Below are positions 38,818 to 47,674 of a stretch of 64,000 nt of DNA, in pieces. The translations under genes were made by a program, and so were the position numbers. Source of the DNA: Bdellovibrionales bacterium (GTDB lineage: Bacteria > Bdellovibrionota > Bdellovibrionia > Bdellovibrionales > DASUEL01); assembly GCA_050250255.1 (NCBI GenBank), contig JBFWOZ010000014.1, forward strand, positions 1 to 64,000, in the 5' to 3' direction. Numbering within the stretch: the stretch's first letter is position 1; the number at the start of each line of letters is the position of its first letter. The notes under the pieces are model-generated. The model was given only the letters and a program-made list of their open reading frames with translations, did not search any database and had not been told where the DNA came from.

Positions 38818-39261
38818 ATGAAGATGATTCTTATTTCGATTCTTCTTTTAAGCATGACACAGGTCGCACAAGCCACGACGAGCAAAAAAGCGGTTGTGCG
38901 CTGCCCTCTCATCAATATGGAATTTTTTATCGATTTGGAGAGACTCTCTATTTTCACCCGCTGTATCGAACAACAGCAACTGCGCTGTCGTCTTGCAGGG
39001 GGCACACAAGACATTTCAATTATGAACGTCGATCAAAAAAGAGGGTGGGAAAAACTCTATTTCACTGATGACTTCAAGACTCTTCCCTTTCAGTTCATTG
39101 ACATCTGGGAAGCCGCTGATGGTAACGCGGCTCTTATAGGAACTATCCGTTTCCGAAATAGCGAGCACGGACAAGGCATTGAACCTAGAACATCCATTGG
39201 CATCTTTAAAGGTGAAGAAAAAGAGAATGCCTCTGCTCTTTGTTCTTACCGATTGAACTAA
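38818..39261 (+). CDS. Secreted hypothetical protein
   Basis: GGAGG RBS; signal peptide ending AQA; 4 Cys. Confidence 0.7.
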   Translation: MKMILISILLLSMTQVAQATTSKKAVVRCPLINMEFFIDLERLSIFTRCIEQQQLRCRLAGGTQDISIMNVDQKRGWEKLYFTDDFKTLPFQFIDIWEAADGNAALIGTIRFRNSEHGQGIEPRTSIGIFKGEEKENASALCSYRLN

Positions 39262-39271
39262 AAGGAGCTTT

Positions 39272-39940
39272 GTGAGGAAGCTGATCGAAGGCATCGTCGA
39301 ATTTCGACGAAAAGTTCAAAAAGATTATCGCGAAGCCTTCGGGCGATTGGCCACCGGTCAGTCACCCGACACACTCTTTATTGCGTGCTCCGATAGTCGA
39401 GTGGTTCCCAACACCTTCGCTTCGACAAACCCCGGAGATCTTTTTGTTATTCGAAATGTTGGCAACCTGATCCCTGCCTGCGGAAACCGTGGTCTCTCCG
39501 TAGGAGAAGATTCAGAGGCCGCTGCCATCGAGTATTCTGCTTTAGCACTCGACATTTCCGACATCATCGTCTGCGGCCATTCTGAGTGTGCAGCCATGCG
39601 GGCGCTCGTTGCTAATCGCAGTACGATTGATATGCCGAATGTAAAAAGTTGGCTCAAGCATGGCGATACAGCTGTAGAGCGCTGGAAGTCAGGACTGACT
39701 CTCGACGCCTCACTTTCCGATCATAACCAGCTCTCTCAGCTCAATGTTCTCTTACAAATGGAAAACATCATGTCGTACCCAGCGATTAAAAAACGTATGA
39801 ATGAGGGCAAACTTACTATTCACGGCTGGTGGTTTGATATCGCGAAAGCCGATGTCTATGCTTACGAAGACGACATCAAAAAATTTAGCTTGATCGATGA
39901 AGTGGGTGCAAAACGCCTTCTAAAGAAGTTCAAGATCTAA
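39272..39940 (+). CDS. Beta-class carbonic anhydrase
   Basis: CSDSRV, PGDLFVIRNVGN and CGHSEC zinc ligands; AGGAG RBS before GTG. Confidence 0.93.
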   Translation: MRKLIEGIVEFRRKVQKDYREAFGRLATGQSPDTLFIACSDSRVVPNTFASTNPGDLFVIRNVGNLIPACGNRGLSVGEDSEAAAIEYSALALDISDIIVCGHSECAAMRALVANRSTIDMPNVKSWLKHGDTAVERWKSGLTLDASLSDHNQLSQLNVLLQMENIMSYPAIKKRMNEGKLTIHGWWFDIAKADVYAYEDDIKKFSLIDEVGAKRLLKKFKI

Positions 39941-40142
39941 ATGCTAAAATCCAGGATCCATGGATCCTAGATGAGACAAACAACAGCAAGTCCTATGACT
40001 AGCTTCACCGTAGTCTTATGTTATATGCAGTCTTGTGCCATCAAATTTTTGAAAGAATCGCTACATTTTCTCTTATGAGCACCGAATAAGTATCTGGCTG
40101 ATGAATCAGTCATCAGATCAATACATCTCTAAAGGAGAATTC

Positions 40143-40538
40143 ATGAAAACAAAATCCTACCGTTACGGCAAGTTTGCTTTCAAAGCTTACCACAGAAATG
40201 TTGGTCAAGGTTTTGAGGTCGGTCTTTACTTCAACCGCAAACCGATCTTTGTTGGAAACTTCATCCACAAAAAAGAAGCACTTCGCTGGTGGGGCCAAAT
40301 GAACCGAGAAATCAAATCTTTCACAAAAAAGTATTGGGTAACGAGCAACACAAACTTTGAGTGGTACAAAAAGTTTTTCGGAAACCATCTTTACAAGAGC
40401 TACTACAGCTACTTGGATAAGTTGTTCAACAAGTACAACACAACTTTTCACAAAGCCTTTTCTCGCGATGTGAAGAAGTACAATCGTATGAAAAAGTCTT
40501 TCCACAAAGATTCTAAAACTACGGTTCGTGCTGCTTAG
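40143..40538 (+). CDS. Hypothetical, highly basic and aromatic-rich protein
   Basis: AAGGAG RBS; K/Y/F-rich 131-aa ORF followed by a terminator. Confidence 0.7.
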   Translation: MKTKSYRYGKFAFKAYHRNVGQGFEVGLYFNRKPIFVGNFIHKKEALRWWGQMNREIKSFTKKYWVTSNTNFEWYKKFFGNHLYKSYYSYLDKLFNKYNTTFHKAFSRDVKKYNRMKKSFHKDSKTTVRAA

Positions 40539-40562
40539 TTTTAGTTTAAAAAGTTGAGTCAA

Positions 40563-40590
40563 AAGAAGGAACCGTAAGGGTTCCTTCTTT
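40563..40590. terminator. Bidirectional intrinsic terminator
   Basis: AAGAAGGAACC-GTAAG-GGTTCCTTCTT hairpin between convergent genes. Confidence 0.8.
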
Positions 40591-43500
40591 ATTTCAAAGA
40601 GGTAAGAATATTACTACAGGACATTCGTTTTATTTTTTCAGGGACCTTATTCAATAGACTTTCTAGCGAAAACTTAGCATCTAAGAGCCGCTCACCCATT
40701 GAACGAAGTTTATTAAAAGTTTTCTGTCGAAATCCCAATTTGTTGGCGAGAATCAGGCCAAAGATTTCTTGTTCTGCTGGAAAACCAATGTTTCGGCCTA
40801 ACTGAATCGCTCTATTCACTCCCAAAACCCAATGTATAGAAGAGAGCGGGATAGAAAGTCCACTTTGGTTCAGTGTACCCAGTAAATATACGAAGCGATC
40901 CATGAGGTCAGCTCTGTTTATAATTCGATTCAACTCTTCATCAGAAACTTGCTGCGAACTCCAAGCAGGATCAATTTGCTTTCCAAGTGCCACGACAAGT
41001 TCCCTCATGGCAGCAAGATTCTCCTTACCGGAGACCAGTCTTAAAATCGAAACACCCATCTCACGCTCAATCTCTGTTATGGGTACCGCCTGACCAAAAT
41101 CAAGAATGGCCACAATCTTGTTCTCAACATCGATCAAAACTTGCCCATCGTGCAGATCAGGATTTGCGAAAAAATGAATGGCCTTAGATTTACCCAATTC
41201 AGAGGCCCCAAAAAGAAGACTCAATTCTGCTCCCAGTAGCACACGCATAGCCTGTTTATAAGCTTCTGGATTTTCCTGCCTTGCCTTTCGCGCGGTTCTT
41301 CCTGGAGCCTTTTCCATAGACAATGCGCCGCTTTGAAACCAATCCGCATCGATAGATTGCAACTGCCAACCATTCTTAAGTTTTGGATAGAGCTCGAAGG
41401 CTTGCTTTTGCATTAGAAATGCATTCTCTTTATTGAATTCCAAAGTCACTGACTTCTCAATGATTTTTAATAAGCCCGGCAAATGTGAAAAACGTTGTAA
41501 GTTGCGCTTGCTATCGTTTTTAACTAATTCCGCAACAAAAGCCTGTAACTTTCTAAAGTCTTCTTTTGCAGAAATTTCGATATCAGATCTTAATAAAGAC
41601 ACAACTTTGGTCTTCATAACCCCGCTGGAGTTATCCGTATACTCCACAGCCACATTCACAGATCCTGTCCCGAGAAGACCTTTAACTGCGAAAGAGTGAA
41701 CCCATGCCTCGCCAAGACGCGAATGAATTAACTTTACCGCCTCTAGGTAACTAATCGGCAAAGCGGAATCTTGTAGTTTCGCTAAATGTTCAGAGTAGCC
41801 TTTCATTTCAGCTGTAAAAGCCAAGTATTGACCTAACTTAACACCGGCAGCACCAAAAGCTTCGAATAAACTTCTAATGATCTCCCCTTCAGACAAGCTT
41901 GCACCTTGCTGTGAAGGTTTTTGGGCTAAAATGTAAGCGAGAGCCATAGATTTCATTGGGCCTTGCGATGTCAGCAAGGCTTCTGCCAATTCAGTGGCTA
42001 AATTTTTATTCTCCGGAGATACGTTTTTTAAAGTGTGATCTAGCAGAATTTTTCGTGCCTCCAATTTTTCGACAATGGAGGATGGACCTGCCAAGAAAGA
42101 ATTCACAATAAAAGCTCGTTTGAGCCAACTTTCTCTCGAAAGCTTCATCTGGGCATTACGAAGCATATCCGCAAATGGAAAGTACCGATCTCCAAACTGT
42201 GCTTCTCTATCTACAAAAGCCGGCCAAGTGCTAGAGCGTCCCATTAAATATTCAATCAAGTGAATCTGTTCTTGAACCGGGTAAGGCCGGGCGGCTCCCA
42301 CAAATGCACTTAAACCTCGAACTTCTAACGAAAAATTTTCTGTAGACTTTGTATTGATAGAATTTTTATCTTCAGGAAAAAGAGTAAACACCTGATGAGG
42401 CTGCACTCGGATTTTTTCTGCAAGCTCGGTTCGAAAAGCTTCAAACAAATCGGGAAACTTTTCTTTCATTTGCAGATCAGCTTCAACCTTTTGAATAACT
42501 TCTGCGACTTTTGCGTCCGTTAAGCCTTTTCCTTCAACAGAAAACTTCACATGCTCTGTAGCAATACGTATCACTTGTTCTAAAGACAAAGTCTTTAATA
42601 CATTTTCATTTTTTATTGCTTCATAAACAACTTCAAGGCGTTCATTTTTCGATAATTCCAAAAAACGCTTTTCAAAGCTCGATTTAAATTCAGGCCTCAT
42701 CTCCAAACTTGTTGAATTCAAATCCACAATTGAAGAAAAGAGGTCGACCCATTGTTTAAATGTAGGCAGTGCCCCTTGCTGATAATTAAATATGTCTAGT
42801 AAAAACAATCCTGCATCCGCACTTACAGGCAAATATTCATTCATACTTTCTAAATTTTGATACATAGGATGAGAACGAATAATATTTTGTTCAAATTCTC
42901 GCCTCGATGCCCGGACAGTCTCAATGATTTTCTGAAGTTCATCCACACTTATTCCTTCAGAAATTCTACGACTATCCTCACGACTCATACCGAGAAATGA
43001 TAGGAAGGCGAGTTTTGAAGATAATTTATTTTCAGCACGCCTAGCCAGTTCCCCAGACGTTTTCCGTAGCCTATCACTCAAACTTTCTAATTCCATTTTT
43101 TTAGCTTTGTACTCAACTGTCTCTGCCTTTTTTTGCTTTTTCAATGCGGCCAATTCACTGCTTAACACTTTATATTTAGCCGAAGTTGCAATAAAATTTG
43201 GATCAGAAAATCCTTTCTCGAGAGAGGAATTAATCGCCGGCGGTTCGTACAAAAAATATTCCATAAGTTCACGTGGTTGTAGCCCTTTCAAAGCCATACT
43301 GACCGCTTCCACGATGTGGCGCTTTTCTGCAATCCCTGAATAGGAGTAATGGAATGGACGAATTGCCGCTAGCATTTTTAAGATATTAAGTTTTTCTTTG
43401 TGATTGAGAGCTGAAAACGAGATCCCTTCATACAGAGCTCTCTCTAAGGAGCCTGATAGGGCATAGACTTGTTCAAAAAAATCATTTTTTAGCATATGCT

Positions 43501-45421
43501 CTGCTGCATTCGCTAAAGCTTTCCCAAAAAGACTTTCGTTTCTTAACTCCCAAGGATAAAAATCAACCAGGTCTCCCGTAGTAAACAATATTTTCACATT
43601 GGTCGTATTCACTCGACCCATCGCAAGGTCATGAACTACACGCTGACGCTCGCTCAGAAAAAAATCTTCCACAGGTTTTATAGAAAAACGGAATTCAGAA
43701 TTTGCACTAGGATTAGATTTTCTTTCTTGTTCTCGTGTCCATATCGCATTAAGTGCCCAAAGCATCTCATAGGCTTTTTGATTTCGATTTCGCAATTCCT
43801 CAATGAAAGATTCATAAAAGATTGGACTCAACATAAACTGAATTGCTTGTTTAAATAAAATATTATGTAGAGGCTTTACTTGTGCCCGCAGCTTATCCTC
43901 CTCTGAAGCGAAGGGAGAAGCAGGACGATTGCCAGTATTATCTCGATCCGTAAGGACGAGGCCTAATGCTGAGGATTCCAAAATGAGTTTACCATTACTA
44001 TCTACGGCAGCATGCGCTACAAACTGGCTCACAAATGTGAGCCACTCTCTGTTGACATGACTGAGGTGAGCAAATACCTCTTGAATATCATGGTTTCCAA
44101 CAAATCCCTTTATAACATCATAGTCTCCATTATATTTTTGATAACTTTTATTCCATTCGAAATAGGAATGCGAACTCCATCCCGCACCAGCAACCTCTAA
44201 AAGCATTTTTTTTAAACGCACTTTAAGTTGTTGATCATATACGATTTTGGGTTGATCCCTCACCTCCAATAAAAACCGATCGTTCATCCAACGAATGAGA
44301 CTTAAAATTGCATCTCCCTTTACCTGCGGCTTGAGATTCGATTTTTCAATCATATCTAAAGCATAATTAAACCAAGCTCTCACATTTTCTGCTGAAACGT
44401 TGAGGACTTGCTCATCTTCGGACTCAATTTTAAGTTTGTAATACTCCTCGCCCGCCTCAGAGTAATTAAAGGGTCGATGAGGCAGTATCATTTGTTTCAT
44501 CATTTTATTTAGGCTTGGCAGAAAATAATCGAACTCTCCTTCGTGATTTTTCTTCTGTCGACCATTTTGAACGAGTTTAAAAACTTGAGAAACAAGGTTC
44601 CATTCTCTTGGTTGTACCTGAGGATCTGTTCGTCGAAGATATTCTATAAAAGCCTGCAACATGCTGATACGTACACCTTCGTGATGGTGAGTCTGTAGAA
44701 GATTTTCAACAGAAAGACCTGACCGTTCATCATTTTTGTGAAGGCGCGAAAGTTTTTCCATAGCCCCAAGAGCCCCCATGACGTCATACTTACCGACGAG
44801 AAGCTTCACTGCGAGGTGGTCGGCAATGGATTCAAAACGCTGTAAACCCCACCACCTCTTGACCTCTCCTCGAAATGTCCTCTGTTCCTCAACATGATCT
44901 TCAAACATATGCTGTAATTCATGAGCTATAACAAAAGCCCGCTCCGATTGTGTTTGCAGAAGATTGTACAAACCTAAGGTCACTCCCAATTCATAAACGG
45001 GACGCTTTCTATCGAGTTTGTATAAATTGAAAATAATAGATCGCTCGATGTCTGGAGGACCATATTCTCGCCTCCGGCCAAGAGGCCATTGCACTTTTGA
45101 CATAAAAGCGTTAGGCGTCGGATCAGGGTAAATAGTGATAATAAGCTGTCGACCCTCTCCACGTAGACGCTCCCCAGCTAAGGCTTCTACGAGCGATTTG
45201 ATCTCATTTTCCATCTGCCTAATTTTAGGCTTCACATTTCCAACCGGAGGATTCAGTAGTGGACCATAAGATTCTCGAAATCTGTTGCCCCATTGGCGCA
45301 ACTCTTCAGCCCTTTGCTTACCTATGGGGATATGCGACTTTATGTCAGATGCTGCATGATCAACAATGAAAGCACTAAGTAGGATTGCAATATTTAAACA
45401 ATGTCGAAAAAACTTTACCAT
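40589..45421 (-). CDS. 1610-aa protein: N-terminal M48-like zinc metalloprotease plus C-terminal ABC1/UbiB(AarF)-like atypical kinase domain
   Basis: PNAF, AFVIAHELQH, ESIADH and THH....RI (M48); VKLGQ, LQD, LGTGS, DLHDGQ and ILDFGQ (ABC1). Confidence 0.75.
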   Translation of the reverse strand: MVKFFRHCLNIAILLSAFIVDHAASDIKSHIPIGKQRAEELRQWGNRFRESYGPLLNPPVGNVKPKIRQMENEIKSLVEALAGERLRGEGRQLIITIYPDPTPNAFMSKVQWPLGRRREYGPPDIERSIIFNLYKLDRKRPVYELGVTLGLYNLLQTQSERAFVIAHELQHMFEDHVEEQRTFRGEVKRWWGLQRFESIADHLAVKLLVGKYDVMGALGAMEKLSRLHKNDERSGLSVENLLQTHHHEGVRISMLQAFIEYLRRTDPQVQPREWNLVSQVFKLVQNGRQKKNHEGEFDYFLPSLNKMMKQMILPHRPFNYSEAGEEYYKLKIESEDEQVLNVSAENVRAWFNYALDMIEKSNLKPQVKGDAILSLIRWMNDRFLLEVRDQPKIVYDQQLKVRLKKMLLEVAGAGWSSHSYFEWNKSYQKYNGDYDVIKGFVGNHDIQEVFAHLSHVNREWLTFVSQFVAHAAVDSNGKLILESSALGLVLTDRDNTGNRPASPFASEEDKLRAQVKPLHNILFKQAIQFMLSPIFYESFIEELRNRNQKAYEMLWALNAIWTREQERKSNPSANSEFRFSIKPVEDFFLSERQRVVHDLAMGRVNTTNVKILFTTGDLVDFYPWELRNESLFGKALANAAEHMLKNDFFEQVYALSGSLERALYEGISFSALNHKEKLNILKMLAAIRPFHYSYSGIAEKRHIVEAVSMALKGLQPRELMEYFLYEPPAINSSLEKGFSDPNFIATSAKYKVLSSELAALKKQKKAETVEYKAKKMELESLSDRLRKTSGELARRAENKLSSKLAFLSFLGMSREDSRRISEGISVDELQKIIETVRASRREFEQNIIRSHPMYQNLESMNEYLPVSADAGLFLLDIFNYQQGALPTFKQWVDLFSSIVDLNSTSLEMRPEFKSSFEKRFLELSKNERLEVVYEAIKNENVLKTLSLEQVIRIATEHVKFSVEGKGLTDAKVAEVIQKVEADLQMKEKFPDLFEAFRTELAEKIRVQPHQVFTLFPEDKNSINTKSTENFSLEVRGLSAFVGAARPYPVQEQIHLIEYLMGRSSTWPAFVDREAQFGDRYFPFADMLRNAQMKLSRESWLKRAFIVNSFLAGPSSIVEKLEARKILLDHTLKNVSPENKNLATELAEALLTSQGPMKSMALAYILAQKPSQQGASLSEGEIIRSLFEAFGAAGVKLGQYLAFTAEMKGYSEHLAKLQDSALPISYLEAVKLIHSRLGEAWVHSFAVKGLLGTGSVNVAVEYTDNSSGVMKTKVVSLLRSDIEISAKEDFRKLQAFVAELVKNDSKRNLQRFSHLPGLLKIIEKSVTLEFNKENAFLMQKQAFELYPKLKNGWQLQSIDADWFQSGALSMEKAPGRTARKARQENPEAYKQAMRVLLGAELSLLFGASELGKSKAIHFFANPDLHDGQVLIDVENKIVAILDFGQAVPITEIEREMGVSILRLVSGKENLAAMRELVVALGKQIDPAWSSQQVSDEELNRIINRADLMDRFVYLLGTLNQSGLSIPLSSIHWVLGVNRAIQLGRNIGFPAEQEIFGLILANKLGFRQKTFNKLRSMGERLLDAKFSLESLLNKVPEKIKRMSCSNILTSLK

Positions 45422-45639
45422 CTCACTTCACTCCAGAACCTTTAATCGTACTTCATAAAAAGTGCCAAAATTATCGACAAGAACTACAATACAAAAGATC
45501 TCAAGCTCTCCCCTTTCTGTAAGAGATGAATGATTTCATACATGTCCACAATCTAAACAAAAGAAGGGAATCGGGGTCCTCATTGAGGATCAACAGATCA
45601 GCCTTGATTCTCTCTTAGAAAATCGTTTAAATGCAGCTC

Positions 45640-46320
45640 ATGTCTATATCACTCTCTGGTCGATATTTTGGGCTTTGCGAATATTCCCAAGCTTTAGATC
45701 TTCAACAGCAATATGTGGAGATCGCACGCGAAGGCCCACAGGCCTTTTTGATCGGGTTTGAGCACCCTTCTGTAGTGACCCTTGGAATAAGAGCGACAAC
45801 AAATGACTTAAAAATCTCTGAAGAAGAACTACAATCAAAGGAAGTCGCCCTCGCCCGCATTGACCGTGGTGGTGAAGCGACTCTTCATAGCCCAGGACAA
45901 CTTGTGATTTATCCCATTCTGCCGCTTCAACGGTTAGGATTAAATGTACGCGAGTTTGTAGAAAAGCTGGAGATGACTGCTATTTCCTTTTTTGGATCTT
46001 TTGGAGTTACGACTACCAAAGGAGTCGGCGCGCCAGGAATATATTCTATGAAAGGCAAAATGGGGTTTATCGGAATCCGTGTAAAAAATGGCGTGAGCTA
46101 CCACGGAATTTCTTTAAATATATGTAACGATCTTTCACTTTTTCAAATGATTCGAAGTTGTGGAAAAGAAAAAGAAAACTTTGATCAGCTCAGTCAATAT
46201 GGGGTTAACGCATCGCAGATGCAGCTTTTTGAGATTTTTAAAGAGCATTTTCAATTTCATTTTAAAGAATTCTTCGTCTCAGAAGCGTCGCTCTTGACGG
46301 AAGCTTCACGCCAGGTCTAA
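45640..46320 (+). CDS. lipB: Lipoyl(octanoyl) transferase
   Basis: EHP.V.TLG, DRGGEATLHSPGQLVIYPI, K.GFIG and YHGISLN motifs. Start is 45631 or 45640. Confidence 0.92.
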   Translation: MSISLSGRYFGLCEYSQALDLQQQYVEIAREGPQAFLIGFEHPSVVTLGIRATTNDLKISEEELQSKEVALARIDRGGEATLHSPGQLVIYPILPLQRLGLNVREFVEKLEMTAISFFGSFGVTTTKGVGAPGIYSMKGKMGFIGIRVKNGVSYHGISLNICNDLSLFQMIRSCGKEKENFDQLSQYGVNASQMQLFEIFKEHFQFHFKEFFVSEASLLTEASRQV

Positions 46321-46342
46321 AACTCATTCTAGGTTATTGTAA

Positions 46343-46418
46343 GGTCGCTTGGCGCAGTTGGTAGCGCGTTTCCTTGACATGGAAGAGGCCACTGGTTCGA
46401 GTCCAGTAGCGACCACCA
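46343..46418 (+). tRNA. tRNA-Val (anticodon GAC)
   Basis: Full cloverleaf: GGTCGCT/AGCGACC acceptor stem, D-arm GCGC, anticodon loop TTGACAT, T-loop TTCGAGT and encoded CCA; 76 nt. Confidence 0.97.
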
Positions 46419-46444
46419 TTTTTTTTTGAATGACCTATTTTAGC

Positions 46445-47674
46445 TCACCACTTTATCTTTTGAATCATTTGAACCACTCTCTTGCGAAACTCGTAAAAAT
46501 TGTTTGAGCATGCATAAGTTTTATATTCAAATGGGAAGACAAAGGTTTCAGTGAAAACTTGGATATTACTGGCTGTATTCAAACAATATTGCCCTTCTGG
46601 CAAATGTTGAGAACAATTTGCTTTTACTATTTGTTCAATCAATTTTTGATTTAATTTAATCTTATCATCACAACGAAAGAACTCTCTCATCGCAGAAATA
46701 TTGGAGTAGAGATTCACGCTTTTTTCTACACTGGCACGATTCACGAGATTCTGTCGAATGAGTTTCTCTCTATTGGAGAGATATTCTTGCTCACTCAGTG
46801 CATAAGGTAAATCTCTGTAATAGAATTCACTCGTTTTTGCTTCTTTAAAAAAGATTTGGAGATTCGTTGACAACGAAGTACCTGGATAAGAACTGACCTT
46901 ACTTTCTTCCTTTAACATGGCTCTTATTGCTTTAGGATTTTGCGCAAGTTGTGCAAAATCGATCTCGATCCAAGATGGAAGTGTTTCTTGCAACTGAGAA
47001 ATGAGATTGATGATGTCGGATTGGTAGAGTTTAAAACAAGTTTGTGAATAACAATCCTTGAATAAATCTAACAGAAACAACTCGTGCGCTTCTTTTATAC
47101 GAAATTTGTTAACATCATTAGGATTATGATGATTCAGCGTTCCTGTTTTAATGGATTCCGGCTCACCCGCTAACACATATTTTGTAAGGGTCCAGTCTTT
47201 TACTCTCATGGGGAGTAGAGGTGAGATGTGACTTAAAAGTTTCAAATAGGCTTTATGTTTCTTGGGCTGAAGTTGCGTTTCTATCAACATGCGCGCCTCT
47301 TCCACAATGTCCTTTATGAGAATTATTTTCTGTTCTGCAGAATATTGGTCGGAGACTAATACAAAGTTGAAGCGCGTAAAGAGCGGCTTGATCGGATCTA
47401 AATGGGTCTGCAAATAAGCTTCATATTCAACAAGCCCCTGAGTCAATTGAGTGGCGAGATTTTTCTTTTTTAGCCAATAATCGTAATGATTGAGTGCTCC
47501 TTCGCTCTGGTTTTGCTCGAGAGTTTTCTGAACCAGTAAAGATAAATCTCGAGCCACTTGAATTTGGATTTGAATCTCTTGGTTCAAGTCCTTTAAATCT
47601 AAATTTTGGGCCTTGGCACTGTTCGCAAAACTGCATATTAAGGCTAAAGCGATAGTTATAAGTAGGTTTTTCAT
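46445..47674 (-). CDS. Secreted hypothetical protein (409 aa)
   Basis: Signal peptide ending AKA; TAATG coupling to the upstream gene. Confidence 0.75.
   Translation of the reverse strand: MKNLLITIALALICSFANSAKAQNLDLKDLNQEIQIQIQVARDLSLLVQKTLEQNQSEGALNHYDYWLKKKNLATQLTQGLVEYEAYLQTHLDPIKPLFTRFNFVLVSDQYSAEQKIILIKDIVEEARMLIETQLQPKKHKAYLKLLSHISPLLPMRVKDWTLTKYVLAGEPESIKTGTLNHHNPNDVNKFRIKEAHELFLLDLFKDCYSQTCFKLYQSDIINLISQLQETLPSWIEIDFAQLAQNPKAIRAMLKEESKVSSYPGTSLSTNLQIFFKEAKTSEFYYRDLPYALSEQEYLSNREKLIRQNLVNRASVEKSVNLYSNISAMREFFRCDDKIKLNQKLIEQIVKANCSQHLPEGQYCLNTASNIQVFTETFVFPFEYKTYACSNNFYEFRKRVVQMIQKIKW

Noticed and set aside
40025..40040. Sigma54-like TGGCACAAGACTGCAT on the minus strand
   Set aside because: GG-to-GC spacing is 9, not 10, and it points into the 3' end of the carbonic anhydrase gene.
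40113..40562. 149-aa antisense ORF
   Set aside because: The plus-strand ORF has the RBS, promoter candidate and terminator; the antisense frame is probably open because of codon bias.
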